DNA of 64,000 nucleotides from an uncultured Dehalococcoidia bacterium (GCA_964371355.1 CAYJMG010000002.1:86883-150882); one strand, 5' to 3'; positions 18,513 to 28,905 are shown, counted from the first letter of the stretch. Numbers and translations: made by a program. Notes: generated from the sequence alone by a model not told the origin.

Positions 18513-19784
18513 CTATGGTTCTTCCCAGCGGAGTTCGATGTCTCCGAAGCGGACAGGGTCGCCCTGCTTGACCCCGGCACGGCGGAGGGCACTCACGACG
18601 CCCATGCGGCCCAGCCGGCGCATGGCTTCCGCCCGCGACTCATCGGACTGTAGCGCAAGCATCTCGACCAGCACGACCGGGCCCTCCCCGATCACACGCC
18701 AGGCGCCATCCTCGCGCTCGATCGTAAAGCGGGGGCCGCGGGGACGGGGACGAAGGATCTCGACGCCGGTCTCCACCGTTGCCGGCGCAGGCTCTTCCTC
18801 ACGAATGCGTTCCAGCATCTGAAACGAGAGGTTCGCGAGTTCGCGCGTACCCTGGCGGGCCGCGGCGCTAATGAAGGCACAGGGACGATCCAGCTCGCGC
18901 GCCAGCGATTCGAGTTGTTGCCTGCGAGCCGCCGCCTCGGGAACATCCATCTTGTTGAAGGCGAGGATTTGCGGGCGGTTCGCCAGGGCCTCGGCGTAGG
19001 AGCGGAGTTCGTGGTCGATGACGGCGATATCGTGCGCCGGGTCGGGGCGAGCGGCGTCGACCACGTGGACGAGGAGGCGAGTACGCTCGACGTGGCGGAG
19101 GAACTCAAGGCCGAGGCCGTGGCCCTCGTGTGCGCCCTCGATGAGGCCCGGAAGATCAGCCATGACGTAGGAGTCGTACCCGGCCTCGACGACGCCGAGG
19201 ACAGGCTCCAGCGTGGTGAAGGGATAGTCCGCGATCTTCGGCTGCGCGCGCGAGACCGCGGTGAGCAGCGTCGACTTGCCAGCATTGGGCAGACCGACAA
19301 GGCCGACGTCGGAGAGCAACTTCAACTCGAGATCGACCCGGATCTCCTCGCCGCGTTGGCCGCTCTCGGAGATGTGCGGCGCCTGGTTGCTGGGCGTGGC
19401 GAAGTGCGTGTTCCCGCGGCCGCCCTTACCGCCCACGGCGATCCTCAGCCGCACGCCTTCCTCCGTGAGTTCACCGACGACCTCACCTGTTGCGCTGTCT
19501 CGCACGACGGTGCCCGGAGGTACACGCAATTCGAGGTCGGCGCCGTTGCGACCATGCTTCTTGGCCGCAGCACCGTTACCGCCATGATCAGCCCGGTGCT
19601 GTTTCTTGTACCGGAACTGCCCGAGGCCGTTGACCGCGCGATCAACCACGAGCACGACATTGCCCCCGCGGCCACCATCACCGCCGTCGGGGCCGCCCCG
19701 GGGTACGTACTTCTCCCGGCGGAAGCTGATAAGCCCATGCCCACCATCTCCGGCTCGGACTTCGATATGTGCAGAATCGATCAC
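18513..19784 (-). CDS. obg: GTPase Obg/CgtA
   Basis: Gly-rich Obg fold (GGDGGRGG), G1 GLPNAGKST, G3 DLPG, G4 NKMD, and a C-terminal OCT-like domain. Confidence 0.9.
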   Translation of the reverse strand: MIDSAHIEVRAGDGGHGLISFRREKYVPRGGPDGGDGGRGGNVVLVVDRAVNGLGQFRYKKQHRADHGGNGAAAKKHGRNGADLELRVPPGTVVRDSATGEVVGELTEEGVRLRIAVGGKGGRGNTHFATPSNQAPHISESGQRGEEIRVDLELKLLSDVGLVGLPNAGKSTLLTAVSRAQPKIADYPFTTLEPVLGVVEAGYDSYVMADLPGLIEGAHEGHGLGLEFLRHVERTRLLVHVVDAARPDPAHDIAVIDHELRSYAEALANRPQILAFNKMDVPEAAARRQQLESLARELDRPCAFISAAARQGTRELANLSFQMLERIREEEPAPATVETGVEILRPRPRGPRFTIEREDGAWRVIGEGPVVLVEMLALQSDESRAEAMRRLGRMGVVSALRRAGVKQGDPVRFGDIELRWEEP

Positions 19785-20017
19785 GAGCTAGGTGTCCTAT
19801 CAGGGATTTCCATGATCAGTATAGAGAGGGGGAATTCGTGGGAATTGGGGGAATCGAATCTGGGCGACGAGGATCAAGCAGACGTACACGGTCTTGAGAT
19901 GACATATGTTAAGCAGATGAGGTCGGTTGTCTTGACTCACTGGGGTAGAATAGCGGACGTGCCGACCGCAGAAGAGCGGTAATCGACGAAGCCCACTACG
20001 CGTGGGTTTTGTAACGA

Positions 20018-21331
20018 GTGGGATGTGGGGACGGGGTTCCCGCCGGTAGTAGGAGGCAGGGAGCAATCAAGGGCACGCTCAGCCCGCGCTCGTTTCAGGA
20101 CAGACGAACGCGACTCCAGGGCAGGAAACTGCACTCCCCGCACCACGCGCGGCACCGAAACAGGCCATACATTCATGGTCTGGTACTCCTGTTTATCGCA
20201 GCCGCTGTCGTCTACGGCTCTCTCTCCAACGCACCGTTCCGGTCCGATCGCAAAGCTTTTGCCGCTCCTGTGAGCGGCCTTTCGATGCCCGCGGCCAGCA
20301 GCAGTGCGCAGGCGCCGGCACAACAGCAGGCAGTGCTGCGCGCAGCGACCATCAACAAGACGATCCGTCAGGAGCAGCCCGCGCTCGTTATCCCACCATC
20401 ACCGGAGCTGCAGGCATTCGCCGCTCCGCTGGAACCGACCCCGACGGCAACCCCGGATCCCATTGCGAACCAGGAGGACGCTGTGGTGCGCGCGGCCGCC
20501 GAGGCTCCGACCCCTGTGGCGCCCGCGTATCAGGTGTATCAGGCGCAGGAAGGCGACTCCGTGTACGCGGTAGCGGACAGGTTCGGGATCCTGCCGGAGT
20601 ACATCCTGGCGAACAACGCGGAGTTAGCCGCGACGGAGTTCCTCAGCCTGGGACAGTCGATCATCATCCCGGCCGGCAACGGAATCCTGCACGAGGTGCG
20701 CTTTGGCGAGACCCTGAGCGACATCGCGGCGCGCTACGACGTGAGCGTCGAGGAGATCACGGGCTTCGAAGGCAACGGGATCAGCGACCCGGACAGCGTG
20801 GTAGAGACGCAGACGGTGTTCGTGCCCAACGGCCAGATTCCCGAGGCGGCGCCGTTTGAGGAACCTGCCGCTGACGCCGACTCGGGCGACGGGAGTGAGG
20901 ACTCCGGCGAAGGGTCGGAAGACTCGGGCGGTGGCATCGTAGATACGGGGCCGGCTTCGGGTGCCGGGCTGGTGTGGCCCATCGTGGGGCCCATCTCGAG
21001 TTCGTACGGTCCGTCGCATCCGCTCGGCATCGACATCGACGGCTACAACCTGGGTGGCGCGCCAGTGGTGGCTGCGACCAACGGGACGGTGATCTTCGCG
21101 GGCGGGAACGCCTGCTGCTCGTACGGCCTGTACGTGGTGATCATCAGTCCGGAGGGGATCGAGACGCTGTACGCGCACCTAAGCTCGATAAGCGTGGTCG
21201 AGGGACAGACAGTGTCGCAGGGTGAGGTGCTCGGGCTCATCGGCGACACGGGGTACTCGACCGGCGTGCACCTGCACTTCGAGGTCATCGACAACGGAGT
21301 CCGGCAGAACCCACTGAACTACCTTCCGTAG
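20018..21331 (+). CDS. LysM-LysM-M23 peptidoglycan endopeptidase (membrane anchored)
   Basis: Two LysM domains (YQVYQAQEGDSVYAVADRF..., HEVRFGETLSDIAARY...). M23 motifs HxxxD (HPLGIDID) and HxH (HLHFEV). N-terminal TM. Start is uncertain. Confidence 0.8.
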   Translation: MGCGDGVPAGSRRQGAIKGTLSPRSFQDRRTRLQGRKLHSPHHARHRNRPYIHGLVLLFIAAAVVYGSLSNAPFRSDRKAFAAPVSGLSMPAASSSAQAPAQQQAVLRAATINKTIRQEQPALVIPPSPELQAFAAPLEPTPTATPDPIANQEDAVVRAAAEAPTPVAPAYQVYQAQEGDSVYAVADRFGILPEYILANNAELAATEFLSLGQSIIIPAGNGILHEVRFGETLSDIAARYDVSVEEITGFEGNGISDPDSVVETQTVFVPNGQIPEAAPFEEPAADADSGDGSEDSGEGSEDSGGGIVDTGPASGAGLVWPIVGPISSSYGPSHPLGIDIDGYNLGGAPVVAATNGTVIFAGGNACCSYGLYVVIISPEGIETLYAHLSSISVVEGQTVSQGEVLGLIGDTGYSTGVHLHFEVIDNGVRQNPLNYLP

Positions 21332-21356
21332 TAGCGACAAGAACTCAGGGGCAAAG

Positions 21357-21387
21357 CACAAGGGCGGACCAGGGGTCCGCCCTTTGT
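21357..21387. terminator. bidirectional terminator hairpin between convergent genes
   Basis: AAGGGCGGACC-agg-GGTCCGCCCTT is a perfect 11-bp stem. It lies between the M23 peptidase stop (21331, +) and the MBL hydrolase stop (21409, -). No U-tract, which is common in high-GC genomes. Confidence 0.5.
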
Positions 21388-21408
21388 ACTTGTGGTTCGG
21401 CAGTGGAA

Positions 21409-22041
21409 TCAGCGCTTGTGGTCGAGGACGAGAACCTGCGTCTCATCGGGGAGGGAGCTGCGCGTGACGGCGAGCTTCGCGTGACGCTCATCAGCCTTCA
21501 GGCTCATCTCCTTCAGGAAGCGGTCAACCGGGTCGAGGGTCTGCTTGTCGGCGTCAGTCTTGAAGTGCATCGGGATTACGAGGCGGGGCTCCAGCAGGTT
21601 CACGGTCTCCGCAGCGGTCGCGGCATCCAGGGCATCCCCACCGCCGACGGGCACGAGCAGGATGTCGATCGCACCCATCTCTTCGACCTGGTCGGACGTG
21701 GGGACGTGACCCAGACCACCCAGGTGCCCGATGCGGACATCCTCGAGTTCGATGACGAACGAGACGTTGCGGCCCGCAGCCTTATCCTTCCCGCGCCAGG
21801 TGGTGACACCAACGACTGAGGCGCCCGCGATCTCGAACTCGCCGGGACCATCGATGACTCGCGGCTCACCGGCGATGGCGCCCACCGCGTTGTGGGCCGG
21901 GTGGTCGCAGCTGACGGTGACGAGGTCGGCAGTGGGGCGCCCGAGGCTGTAGCCGGAGGTCTTATCGACGGGGTCGGTGACGACGGTGGCTTCCTTCGCG
22001 CGGATGCGGAAGCAGCCATGTCCAAGCCAGGTAATCTCCAT
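21409..22041 (-). CDS. MBL-fold metal-dependent hydrolase
   Basis: β-lactamase-fold His/Asp pattern (SCDHPAH, IGHLGGLGH). Confidence 0.8.
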   Translation of the reverse strand: MEITWLGHGCFRIRAKEATVVTDPVDKTSGYSLGRPTADLVTVSCDHPAHNAVGAIAGEPRVIDGPGEFEIAGASVVGVTTWRGKDKAAGRNVSFVIELEDVRIGHLGGLGHVPTSDQVEEMGAIDILLVPVGGGDALDAATAAETVNLLEPRLVIPMHFKTDADKQTLDPVDRFLKEMSLKADERHAKLAVTRSSLPDETQVLVLDHKR

Positions 22042-22082
22042 TGGGGATCACTTTAGCAGTTCAGGGGACAGGAGACAGGGGC

Positions 22083-23204
22083 CTACAACAGTTCATGGAC
22101 GTGTCGGGCGATGGCGAGGGCGGCGGTCATACCGGGAGATTCGATGCCACCCAGGTGGACGTAGGAGCCATCGCGCCAGATAAGGAAGTCGGCCTGGGGG
22201 CCACCGGGCGATTGGAGTTTCGGACGATAGCCGACCTGTCCGGGGGCGAGGTCGCCCGTTTCGAGTGACGGGAGGTAGCGGCTGGCGGCGGCGTGGAACG
22301 CGGTGCGGCGCGCGTCGTCATTGCGGTAGTCCAGCACGGCGCCATCTTCGAGCCACTCGGTGTCCGGGCCCAGGTGGACGCCTCCGTCGATATCGAGCGT
22401 GACGTGCACGCCCAGGCCACCCTTCGCGTGCTCGGGCACGGGGTAGACCAGATGGCGCAGTGCCCGGGCCTTCTCCGGCGTGATGATGTCGTAGTACCGG
22501 CCTTTGTTCACGGTCTGCCGCAGCCGCGGTGTCGCGGCGTCCCCGTCGAGGGGATAGCCGAGCATGCCGGCCACGGCGGGCGCACCGAGTCCGGCGCTGT
22601 TGATGAGGACTTCGGCGGTGACGGCGGTCTCGGCGCCATCGGGGCCCCGCATGGCGAGCTGGAAGCCGCCCTTCACGCGGGTAATCGTGGTGACCTCGTG
22701 CTTGAGAGCGATCCAGGCGCCATGCGACTGGGCGTCGGCCGCGAACGACGCCATCAGGCCGAGTTGGTCGACGACGCTGCTCGAACTGGACCAGAGGGCG
22801 GCGACGCACCTGACAGCGGGCTCGAGTTCGCGAAGGCGGTCCACGTCGTCGACGCGCTCGATGCCTGGCACGCCGTTGGCAGCGGCCTGGGCCGCGACCG
22901 AGTCGAGAGCGTCAAGCTCCGTCTCGTCGACGGCGACGATGAGCTTGCCGATCGGACGAAGACGGACGTTGTGGGCGGCGCACCATTCGCGGGTGAGGGC
23001 GTTGCCTTCGAGGCAGAGCGTGTGCTTGAGGGAGCCGGTGGGGTAGTAGATGCCGGCGTGGACGACGCCGCTGTTGTGGGAGCTGGTCTCGTAGCCGTAA
23101 CCCGGGTGGCGGTCGATGACGGCGACCTGCCGCGACGGTGCGAGTTGCCGGGCTATGGCGACGCCGACGACGCCGGCGCCGATGATGGCGATCTCGGTAT
23201 CCAC
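22083..23204 (-). CDS. FAD-dependent oxidoreductase (L-2-hydroxyglutarate oxidase/dehydrogenase-like)
   Basis: N-terminal Rossmann IAIIGAGVVGVAIARQL and DAO-family layout. Probable GTG start at 23204. The longer ORF to 23357 lacks homology. Confidence 0.7.
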   Translation of the reverse strand: MDTEIAIIGAGVVGVAIARQLAPSRQVAVIDRHPGYGYETSSHNSGVVHAGIYYPTGSLKHTLCLEGNALTREWCAAHNVRLRPIGKLIVAVDETELDALDSVAAQAAANGVPGIERVDDVDRLRELEPAVRCVAALWSSSSSVVDQLGLMASFAADAQSHGAWIALKHEVTTITRVKGGFQLAMRGPDGAETAVTAEVLINSAGLGAPAVAGMLGYPLDGDAATPRLRQTVNKGRYYDIITPEKARALRHLVYPVPEHAKGGLGVHVTLDIDGGVHLGPDTEWLEDGAVLDYRNDDARRTAFHAAASRYLPSLETGDLAPGQVGYRPKLQSPGGPQADFLIWRDGSYVHLGGIESPGMTAALAIARHVHELL

Positions 23205-23350
23205 GTCGGGAGGGTAGCGGAGGGGGTAGGAAGTGGGGAGTGGGGAATACACGAAGGGGAAGCCGAGGGCACGGGACACCGAATAGCCGGCGAGGGGGTT
23301 TGTTTGGGGCCGGGTGCTGTGCCAGAGTGCGCGGCAGGAGGTTCTTGACG

Positions 23351-23854
23351 ATGGCACAGACGCAGTCGTTCGATGTGACTTCGGGCGTGGACCTGCAGGA
23401 GGTCGATAACGCCGTCAACCAGGCGAAGAAGGAGATCGGCCAGCGGTACGACTTCAAGGGACAGAAGGCAGAGCTGGAGTACGACCGCAAGGAGGCGAAG
23501 CTGACGCTCTCGGCCTCGGACGAGTACTACCTGAACGCGATGTGGCAGGTGATCCGGGAGCGGATGGTAAGCCGCAAGGTGCCGATCAAGAACCTGGAGC
23601 GAGGAAAGCTGGAACCGGCGACCGGCGGGACGGTGCGGCAGGAAGTGAAGTTGAAGCAGGGGATCTCGCAGGAGACCTGCCGCGCCATCGTGAAGCTGCT
23701 GAAGGACCAGAAGATGAGGAAGATCCAGGCGGCGATTCAGGGGGACGCGGTGCGGATCTCGTCGCCGTCACGGGACGAGCTACAGGACGTGATCACCCTG
23801 CTGAAGCAGCAGGACTACGACGTCGAGCTGCAGTTCGGGAACTACCGTGGTTAG
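23351..23854 (+). CDS. yajQ: YajQ-family (UPF0234) nucleotide/c-di-GMP-binding protein
   Basis: The 167-aa core from MAQTQSFDVTSGVDLQEVDNAVNQAKKEI aligns with YajQ over its full length. Confidence 0.85.
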   Translation: MAQTQSFDVTSGVDLQEVDNAVNQAKKEIGQRYDFKGQKAELEYDRKEAKLTLSASDEYYLNAMWQVIRERMVSRKVPIKNLERGKLEPATGGTVRQEVKLKQGISQETCRAIVKLLKDQKMRKIQAAIQGDAVRISSPSRDELQDVITLLKQQDYDVELQFGNYRG

Positions 23855-23871
23855 GGCGGTGGTACGCGGGG

Positions 23872-24756
23872 TTAGCTCGGTTCGTCGCGCTGTTCGCGGA
23901 GCAGGGACTCGATGTCTTCGATGATCGAGCCAGCCTCGGGCAGATCGGCCGGGGGCTGCTGCCCGATCTGGGCGCCCCCCTGCGCGTCGTAGCGCTCTTC
24001 CAGTGTCCGGATCTGGTGCTGGACCTCGGCGTTGTCGCGCACGGCGAGCGAGACCTGGCGCTCAAACTCGTCGGCGACCAGCCGCAGTTCGCCGAGGTTG
24101 AGGCGAAGCTCGAGGGCTTCGTCCAGCGCGTCCAGGAGACCAAGGGCCGTCTTCGGGTTGGGGGTCGAGCCCAGGTAGTAGGGCGTGGCGGCCCAGACGC
24201 TGGCGGTCGGGATCTCGGCGCGGCGGGCGGCGTCGTGGAGGACACCGACGATACCCGTTGGCCCTTCGTAGCTGGAGCGGCCGATATTGCGTGAGGCCAG
24301 CTTTGACTGGACGCCGTCATCGGTGCTGAAGCCGGTGAGCGGTACGGGGCGTGTGTGCACGGCGTCCGTCACCAGCGAGCCGAGCGTCACGAGCCGGCGC
24401 GCGCCGAGCGAGCGGGCCAGCCGCACAATCTCGCCGCAGTAGCTGCGCCACTTCAGGTTGGGCTCGATGCCGAGCATGAGGACGGCGGCGGGTGATGAAC
24501 CGCTGCCCGCGAAACCGAAGAACTCATTCTTGGGCCAGGCCAGCTCGCGCTCGCTGCCGTTGACGATGCGGATCGTGGGACGCGTGTCGGTAAAGCTGTA
24601 GTACTCCTCCGGATCGAGGCGCGCGAAGGGCTGGGCCTTCCACGAGTCGACGAGGTAGCGGACGGCCGTGGTCGCCGATTGCCCGGCGTCGTTCCAGCCG
24701 GAGAAGGCGGCGATGACGTTGGGGCGGTCAAGCTCGGGGAGCTGTTCGATCTCCAT
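23872..24756 (-). CDS. PAC2 (proteasome assembly chaperone-like) family protein
   Basis: Overall length and the N-terminal AFSGWNDAG signature of the bacterial PAC2/DUF75 family. Confidence 0.7.
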   Translation of the reverse strand: MEIEQLPELDRPNVIAAFSGWNDAGQSATTAVRYLVDSWKAQPFARLDPEEYYSFTDTRPTIRIVNGSERELAWPKNEFFGFAGSGSSPAAVLMLGIEPNLKWRSYCGEIVRLARSLGARRLVTLGSLVTDAVHTRPVPLTGFSTDDGVQSKLASRNIGRSSYEGPTGIVGVLHDAARRAEIPTASVWAATPYYLGSTPNPKTALGLLDALDEALELRLNLGELRLVADEFERQVSLAVRDNAEVQHQIRTLEERYDAQGGAQIGQQPPADLPEAGSIIEDIESLLREQRDEPS

Positions 24757-24800
24757 AGATCCAGCCTAGTCGCATGGGCGAACGAAGTCCAACGGGAGTG

Positions 24801-25166
24801 TCACCAGGGGCGGAGGTCGCCGTCGTCGAAGCAGCTCGATGGCGAAAGTTGCATCCGGAGGAACATATCGCTGTAGCTGGCGACGGGTGCGGCGTGCGCG
24901 GACCAGTGGTCGCGTTCGGCTTCCGGGAGGGCGTGCATGAGGCCGTGCCAGGAGGCGTGGAGGGTGGCTTCCCCGGGGGAGATGCCGAAGTCGATGGTGA
25001 AGCCACCCTGCTTGCGGACGCGGCCGACGGTGTTGGTGCGCATGACCTGGCAGGAGGCGTCGGCGCGGTAGCGGTCGAGGACCGCGGCATCGAAGCCGAC
25101 CTGCAGGAGGGCGGGATCGGCGGCCTTGAGGGCGCGCTGCTGCGTGACGCGGAGGAAATCGGACAT
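24801..25166 (-). CDS. hypothetical protein
   Basis: 121-aa ORF with coding-like composition. The antisense ORF looks like G/A/V-rich junk. No recognisable family. Confidence 0.45.
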   Translation of the reverse strand: MSDFLRVTQQRALKAADPALLQVGFDAAVLDRYRADASCQVMRTNTVGRVRKQGGFTIDFGISPGEATLHASWHGLMHALPEAERDHWSAHAAPVASYSDMFLRMQLSPSSCFDDGDLRPW

Positions 25167-25214
25167 CGTGTAGTGGTTAGCGCTTAGTGGTCAGTCGTCA
25201 GTCGTTGCGATCAC

Positions 25215-26042
25215 CTACTTCTCGATGGGGACGTCGATCAGGGACCCGTACTCGGTCCAGGAGCCGTCGTAGTTCCTAACGTTCGGGAAGTCGAGCAGGT
25301 GTCTTAGCGCGAACCATGTGTGCGAGGATCGCTCGCCGATGCGACAGTACGCGATGACATCCTTGTCCTTCGAGACCCCCTTGGTGCCGTAGAGCTGCTC
25401 CAGCTCCTCCTTCGACTTGAAGGTGCCGTCCTCGCGTACCGCCTGGGCCCAGGGGACGTTGGCTGCGCCGGGGATATGGCCCATGCGCTGGGCGGTCTCC
25501 GGCAGGCCGGGCGGCGCCATGATCTCGCCGTTGTACTCCGCGGGGGAGCGGACGTCGACAAGCGCGTTCTTGCTGTTGCCCAGCGCCTGGAGGACGTCGT
25601 CGCGGCGGGCGCGGAGCCCCTTGTTCGGCGCCTGGGCCTTGTAGGCGGCCTTCGCGGGTGAGGGGACGTCCTTCGTCATGGGACGACCCTCTTCGGCCCA
25701 CTTCTTGCGGCCACCGTCCATGAGCCTCGCGCTGGTGTTGCCGTACATCTCGAGGACCCAGAAGGCGTAGGCGGCGAACCAGTTGTTATTGTCGCCATAC
25801 AGGATGATGGTGTCGCCGTTGGAAATGCCGGCGCTGCCGAGTAGTTGCTCGAGATCCTGCTGGCTGATGATGTCGCGGCGTACCTGATCCTGGAGCTGGC
25901 TGGTCCAGTTGAAGCCCACGGCCCCGGCGATGTGCCCTTCGTCGTAGGCCGTCGTATCGACGTCCACCTCGACCAGCTTCACCTTCGCGTTATTGAGGTT
26001 GTCGGCCACCCACTGGGTGGTCACGAGTACATCGGAGGCCAT
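25215..26042 (-). CDS. thiosulfate/3-mercaptopyruvate sulfurtransferase (tandem rhodanese)
   Basis: Two rhodanese domains with active-site CRIGERSS. Confidence 0.85.
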   Translation of the reverse strand: MASDVLVTTQWVADNLNNAKVKLVEVDVDTTAYDEGHIAGAVGFNWTSQLQDQVRRDIISQQDLEQLLGSAGISNGDTIILYGDNNNWFAAYAFWVLEMYGNTSARLMDGGRKKWAEEGRPMTKDVPSPAKAAYKAQAPNKGLRARRDDVLQALGNSKNALVDVRSPAEYNGEIMAPPGLPETAQRMGHIPGAANVPWAQAVREDGTFKSKEELEQLYGTKGVSKDKDVIAYCRIGERSSHTWFALRHLLDFPNVRNYDGSWTEYGSLIDVPIEK

Positions 26043-26175
26043 GATGCATGCTCCTTATTATGTGCGCTCCGTGGGAGTGCGCGTCCACCTGCGGTGCAGC
26101 GCGCGGTCAAGGGGACGCGCAGCAGGTCTCGGCTCTATTGTAGAGGCCGTTGCTTAACGCGGTCTAGAGCATTTT

Positions 26176-26676
26176 TCAGCGGAGGCCACCCTCGAACGAC
26201 CAGCTGGAGGCGAGGAGCGCCGCGAGCAGCAGGATGACGACGGAGAGGCCGAGCGTGGCGATGGAGGCCATCATGGAGTACTGGCGCGCCTGTGCGATCT
26301 CCGCCTCCGGGGCGTTGCGCTCCTGCAGCTCCTGAAGGCGGCGTCCCAGGACGAAGCCGTGGATGGCCGTGAGCAGCACGACAACGATGGCCAGCGTCAT
26401 CTTGATGTTGAGGACCCAGAAGTAGCGCTTGAAGTCCATCAGGCCGTCGTCCTGGGCCTGGGCGAAGTTGTAGAAGCCGGTGAGGATGACGAGCGCCAGC
26501 GCGCCACCGCCCAGATAGCCGAAGCCGCGGGTGATGCGGCGGGTGAGGTCCTGCCGCAGCTTCGCGTCGCCGATCTCGCGGACGGCGGGCATGGCGACGG
26601 CAGCGAGGAAGATCTGGGGCCCGACGAAGACGACGGCGCCGAGGATGTGCAGCCAGAGGACGATCGCGTTGAACAT
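26176..26676 (-). CDS. hypothetical membrane protein (4 TM, CopD/DUF2269-like)
   Basis: The core starts at MFNAIVLWLHILG. The upstream extension is Arg-rich junk. Confidence 0.55.
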   Translation of the reverse strand: MFNAIVLWLHILGAVVFVGPQIFLAAVAMPAVREIGDAKLRQDLTRRITRGFGYLGGGALALVILTGFYNFAQAQDDGLMDFKRYFWVLNIKMTLAIVVVLLTAIHGFVLGRRLQELQERNAPEAEIAQARQYSMMASIATLGLSVVILLLAALLASSWSFEGGLR

Positions 26677-27089
26677 CTTCTGGAGTGTACGCCGGGGGGC
26701 GGGTAGCGCCAATCGGTTGGTTGTTGGTGGACTGGTGCCGGGGAGTCTGGTCGGCAGAATTGCGTGTTTCACAGAGGCAAGCCCTGCGGGCGTTTCGCGA
26801 GGGCGTCGTTTTCGGCGACGCGGCCTACGTTTTTCGAAGAACCGGACGCTGGTGTCTCCAGCAACCGGCGTCTCCTGGGGCAACACGCAGGACGTGGGGG
26901 ATGTACTTCACGGGCCCGAGCGTAGGCGCTTTCGGCCGGATCTCCCAGGCGCGCCGGATCACATTGGGCGAGTCTTGTTGCCCGTGGACCGGCTGCAGGC
27001 TGGTGTGCGTCCGAGCACGTCCATCGGTGGCCGTCGGCGGCTGCGGCTGAGGCCGGTATGCTGAGGGCACTCCCGGGACCGAGGTCGTT

Positions 27090-27821
27090 GTGGCTCAATT
27101 GCGCCGTCCATCGCTTCTGCTATCGCTTCTGATTCTGTGCGGCGCCGCCGTTGCGGCGGCGGGATGCGGCTCTGTGTTCGGGGGGTCGAATCCGACGCCG
27201 ACGGCGACGGCTATCCCGCCCAGCCCGACGCCGGCGCCGCCGGACCTGACGGTGTTCCGGGGGTTCTCGTACCCGCTGGAGGGCGCGTGCTTGCCGGAGG
27301 GCGACCAACTGATGCCGAACGCACCCCGGGAGTATCGCGGTGGAGTGCACGAGGGCGTGGACTTCTACGCGTACGACAACTGCGGCGAAATCGTGGAAGG
27401 GACGCCGGTGCTGGCGGCGAAGGACGGCGTCGTGATCCGGGTAGACGGCGACTATCACGCGCTGACGCAGGAGGAGCTGGATGCGGCCGACGCGCGCATA
27501 GCAGCGGGTGAAACGGACGCGCCTGACATTCTGGACCTGTTCCGCGGGCGTCAGGTGTGGGTCGACCACGGGAAAGGGATCGTGACGCGGTACGCGCACC
27601 TGGCGGGCGTTGCGGCCGACATCGCCGAGGGGCAGCGTGTCGCGGCGGGGACGGTGGTCGGGTACGTGGGGGACAGCGGTACGCCGGAGTCGATTTCGAA
27701 TCCGGGGACGGAGATCCACCTGCACTGGGAGCTGCGGACGGGGGACACGTTCCTGGGGGTGGGTCTGCCCCCGGAAGAAGTGCGGGCGATGTATCTGCGG
27801 CTCTTCGAAGAGTTGCCGTGA
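27090..27821 (+). CDS. M23-family metallopeptidase lipoprotein
   Basis: Lipobox LILCGAAVAAAGC. M23 HxxxD (HEGVDFY) and HLHWE motifs. GTG start. Confidence 0.8.
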   Translation: MAQLRRPSLLLSLLILCGAAVAAAGCGSVFGGSNPTPTATAIPPSPTPAPPDLTVFRGFSYPLEGACLPEGDQLMPNAPREYRGGVHEGVDFYAYDNCGEIVEGTPVLAAKDGVVIRVDGDYHALTQEELDAADARIAAGETDAPDILDLFRGRQVWVDHGKGIVTRYAHLAGVAADIAEGQRVAAGTVVGYVGDSGTPESISNPGTEIHLHWELRTGDTFLGVGLPPEEVRAMYLRLFEELP

Positions 27822-27866
27822 CGGGGCGAGGAGAAGCTGGATCGGTGTCAGTGTCGGAGACAGATC

Positions 27867-28538
27867 GTGCCTGAGGACGAGGCGCCGGTGGATGAGGTAT
27901 CGGGCGTGGAGGAGCGGCCCCAGAACGCGCGTGAGTGGTCGGGGGCGCTGCGGAGCCTGGTGCTGCCGCTGCTGATCGTGGCGACGATCGTGGGGGTGTT
28001 GTTCTACGTCGAGCGGCGGCGGGACGGTGGCGGTGACGCGGCCACCGGCGCTTACGGGACGGTGGAGCTTCCCGCGGATCTGAACACGGCGGGCAAGGGG
28101 CCATCGAGTGACGTGGGGCGGGCGGCGCCGGACTTCTTGCTGGAGACGCCGGATGGCGCGGAGCTGCGCCTGAGTGGCCTGCGTGGGACGCCTGTGCTGG
28201 TGAACTTCTGGGCGTCGTGGTGCACGCCGTGCCGCGAGGAGATGCCACGCATCGTGAAGGCGTACGACGACGGAGGCGGCGCGTTCACGGTCGTGGCGGT
28301 TGACCTGCAGGAGAACGACGACGCTGTGGCGTCGTTCGCGCGGGAGTTCGGGATGACGTTCCCGGTGGTGATCGATCGTTCGGGCGAGGTGGGGCGTACG
28401 TGGCGGATCGGGGGCCCCGTGGAGGGGATCCCGTCGTCGTACTTCATCGACGTGGACGGCGTCGTGCGGGGGCGGGTGTTCGGGCCGATGTCCGACGAGG
28501 TGCTGCAGGAGAACCTGGGGCTGATCGGCGTGGAGTAG
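27867..28538 (+). CDS. TlpA/ResA-like thiol-disulfide oxidoreductase (membrane-anchored thioredoxin fold)
   Basis: WASWCTPCREEMP thioredoxin CxxC motif with an N-terminal TM. Confidence 0.85.
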   Translation: MPEDEAPVDEVSGVEERPQNAREWSGALRSLVLPLLIVATIVGVLFYVERRRDGGGDAATGAYGTVELPADLNTAGKGPSSDVGRAAPDFLLETPDGAELRLSGLRGTPVLVNFWASWCTPCREEMPRIVKAYDDGGGAFTVVAVDLQENDDAVASFAREFGMTFPVVIDRSGEVGRTWRIGGPVEGIPSSYFIDVDGVVRGRVFGPMSDEVLQENLGLIGVE

Positions 28539-28905
28539 GACGCGCGTCTGTCACGGACGCAGCGAGCGATTCACGGGTCGCGCGAGGCAGCGACGCCGTT
28601 ACGAGTTCGTAGGAATGATCGACCCACTCCCGGACGAGGGCGTCGGGAATCGCGCCGTCGACGTGGACGGTGTTCCAGTGGCGTTTGCTCATGTGGTAGC
28701 CGGGCTGCACGCCGGGGAACTGCTCTCGCAGGATCTCGGCCAGGGCCGGGTCGCACTTCAGGCTGATGCGCAGGGTCGCGTCGTCGGGGATGAGCGCGAA
28801 CATCCTCCCGGCGACCTTGTACACGCGGGCGCCCGGGCCGAACGGGTACTCAGCCACCGCGCCCGGTTTCGCCAGGCAGTACCGCCGCAACGCCGTCCCT
28901 GTCAT
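28444..28905 (-). CDS. MmcQ/YjbR-family protein with low-complexity C-terminal tail
   Basis: The core MTGTALRRYCLAKPGAVAEYPFGP...KRHWNTV matches the YjbR fold. The tail overlaps the TlpA 3' end by 95 nt on the opposite strand. Confidence 0.55.
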   Translation of the reverse strand: MTGTALRRYCLAKPGAVAEYPFGPGARVYKVAGRMFALIPDDATLRISLKCDPALAEILREQFPGVQPGYHMSKRHWNTVHVDGAIPDALVREWVDHSYELVTASLPRATRESLAASVTDARPTPRRSAPGSPAAPRRTSARTPAPARRRPRR

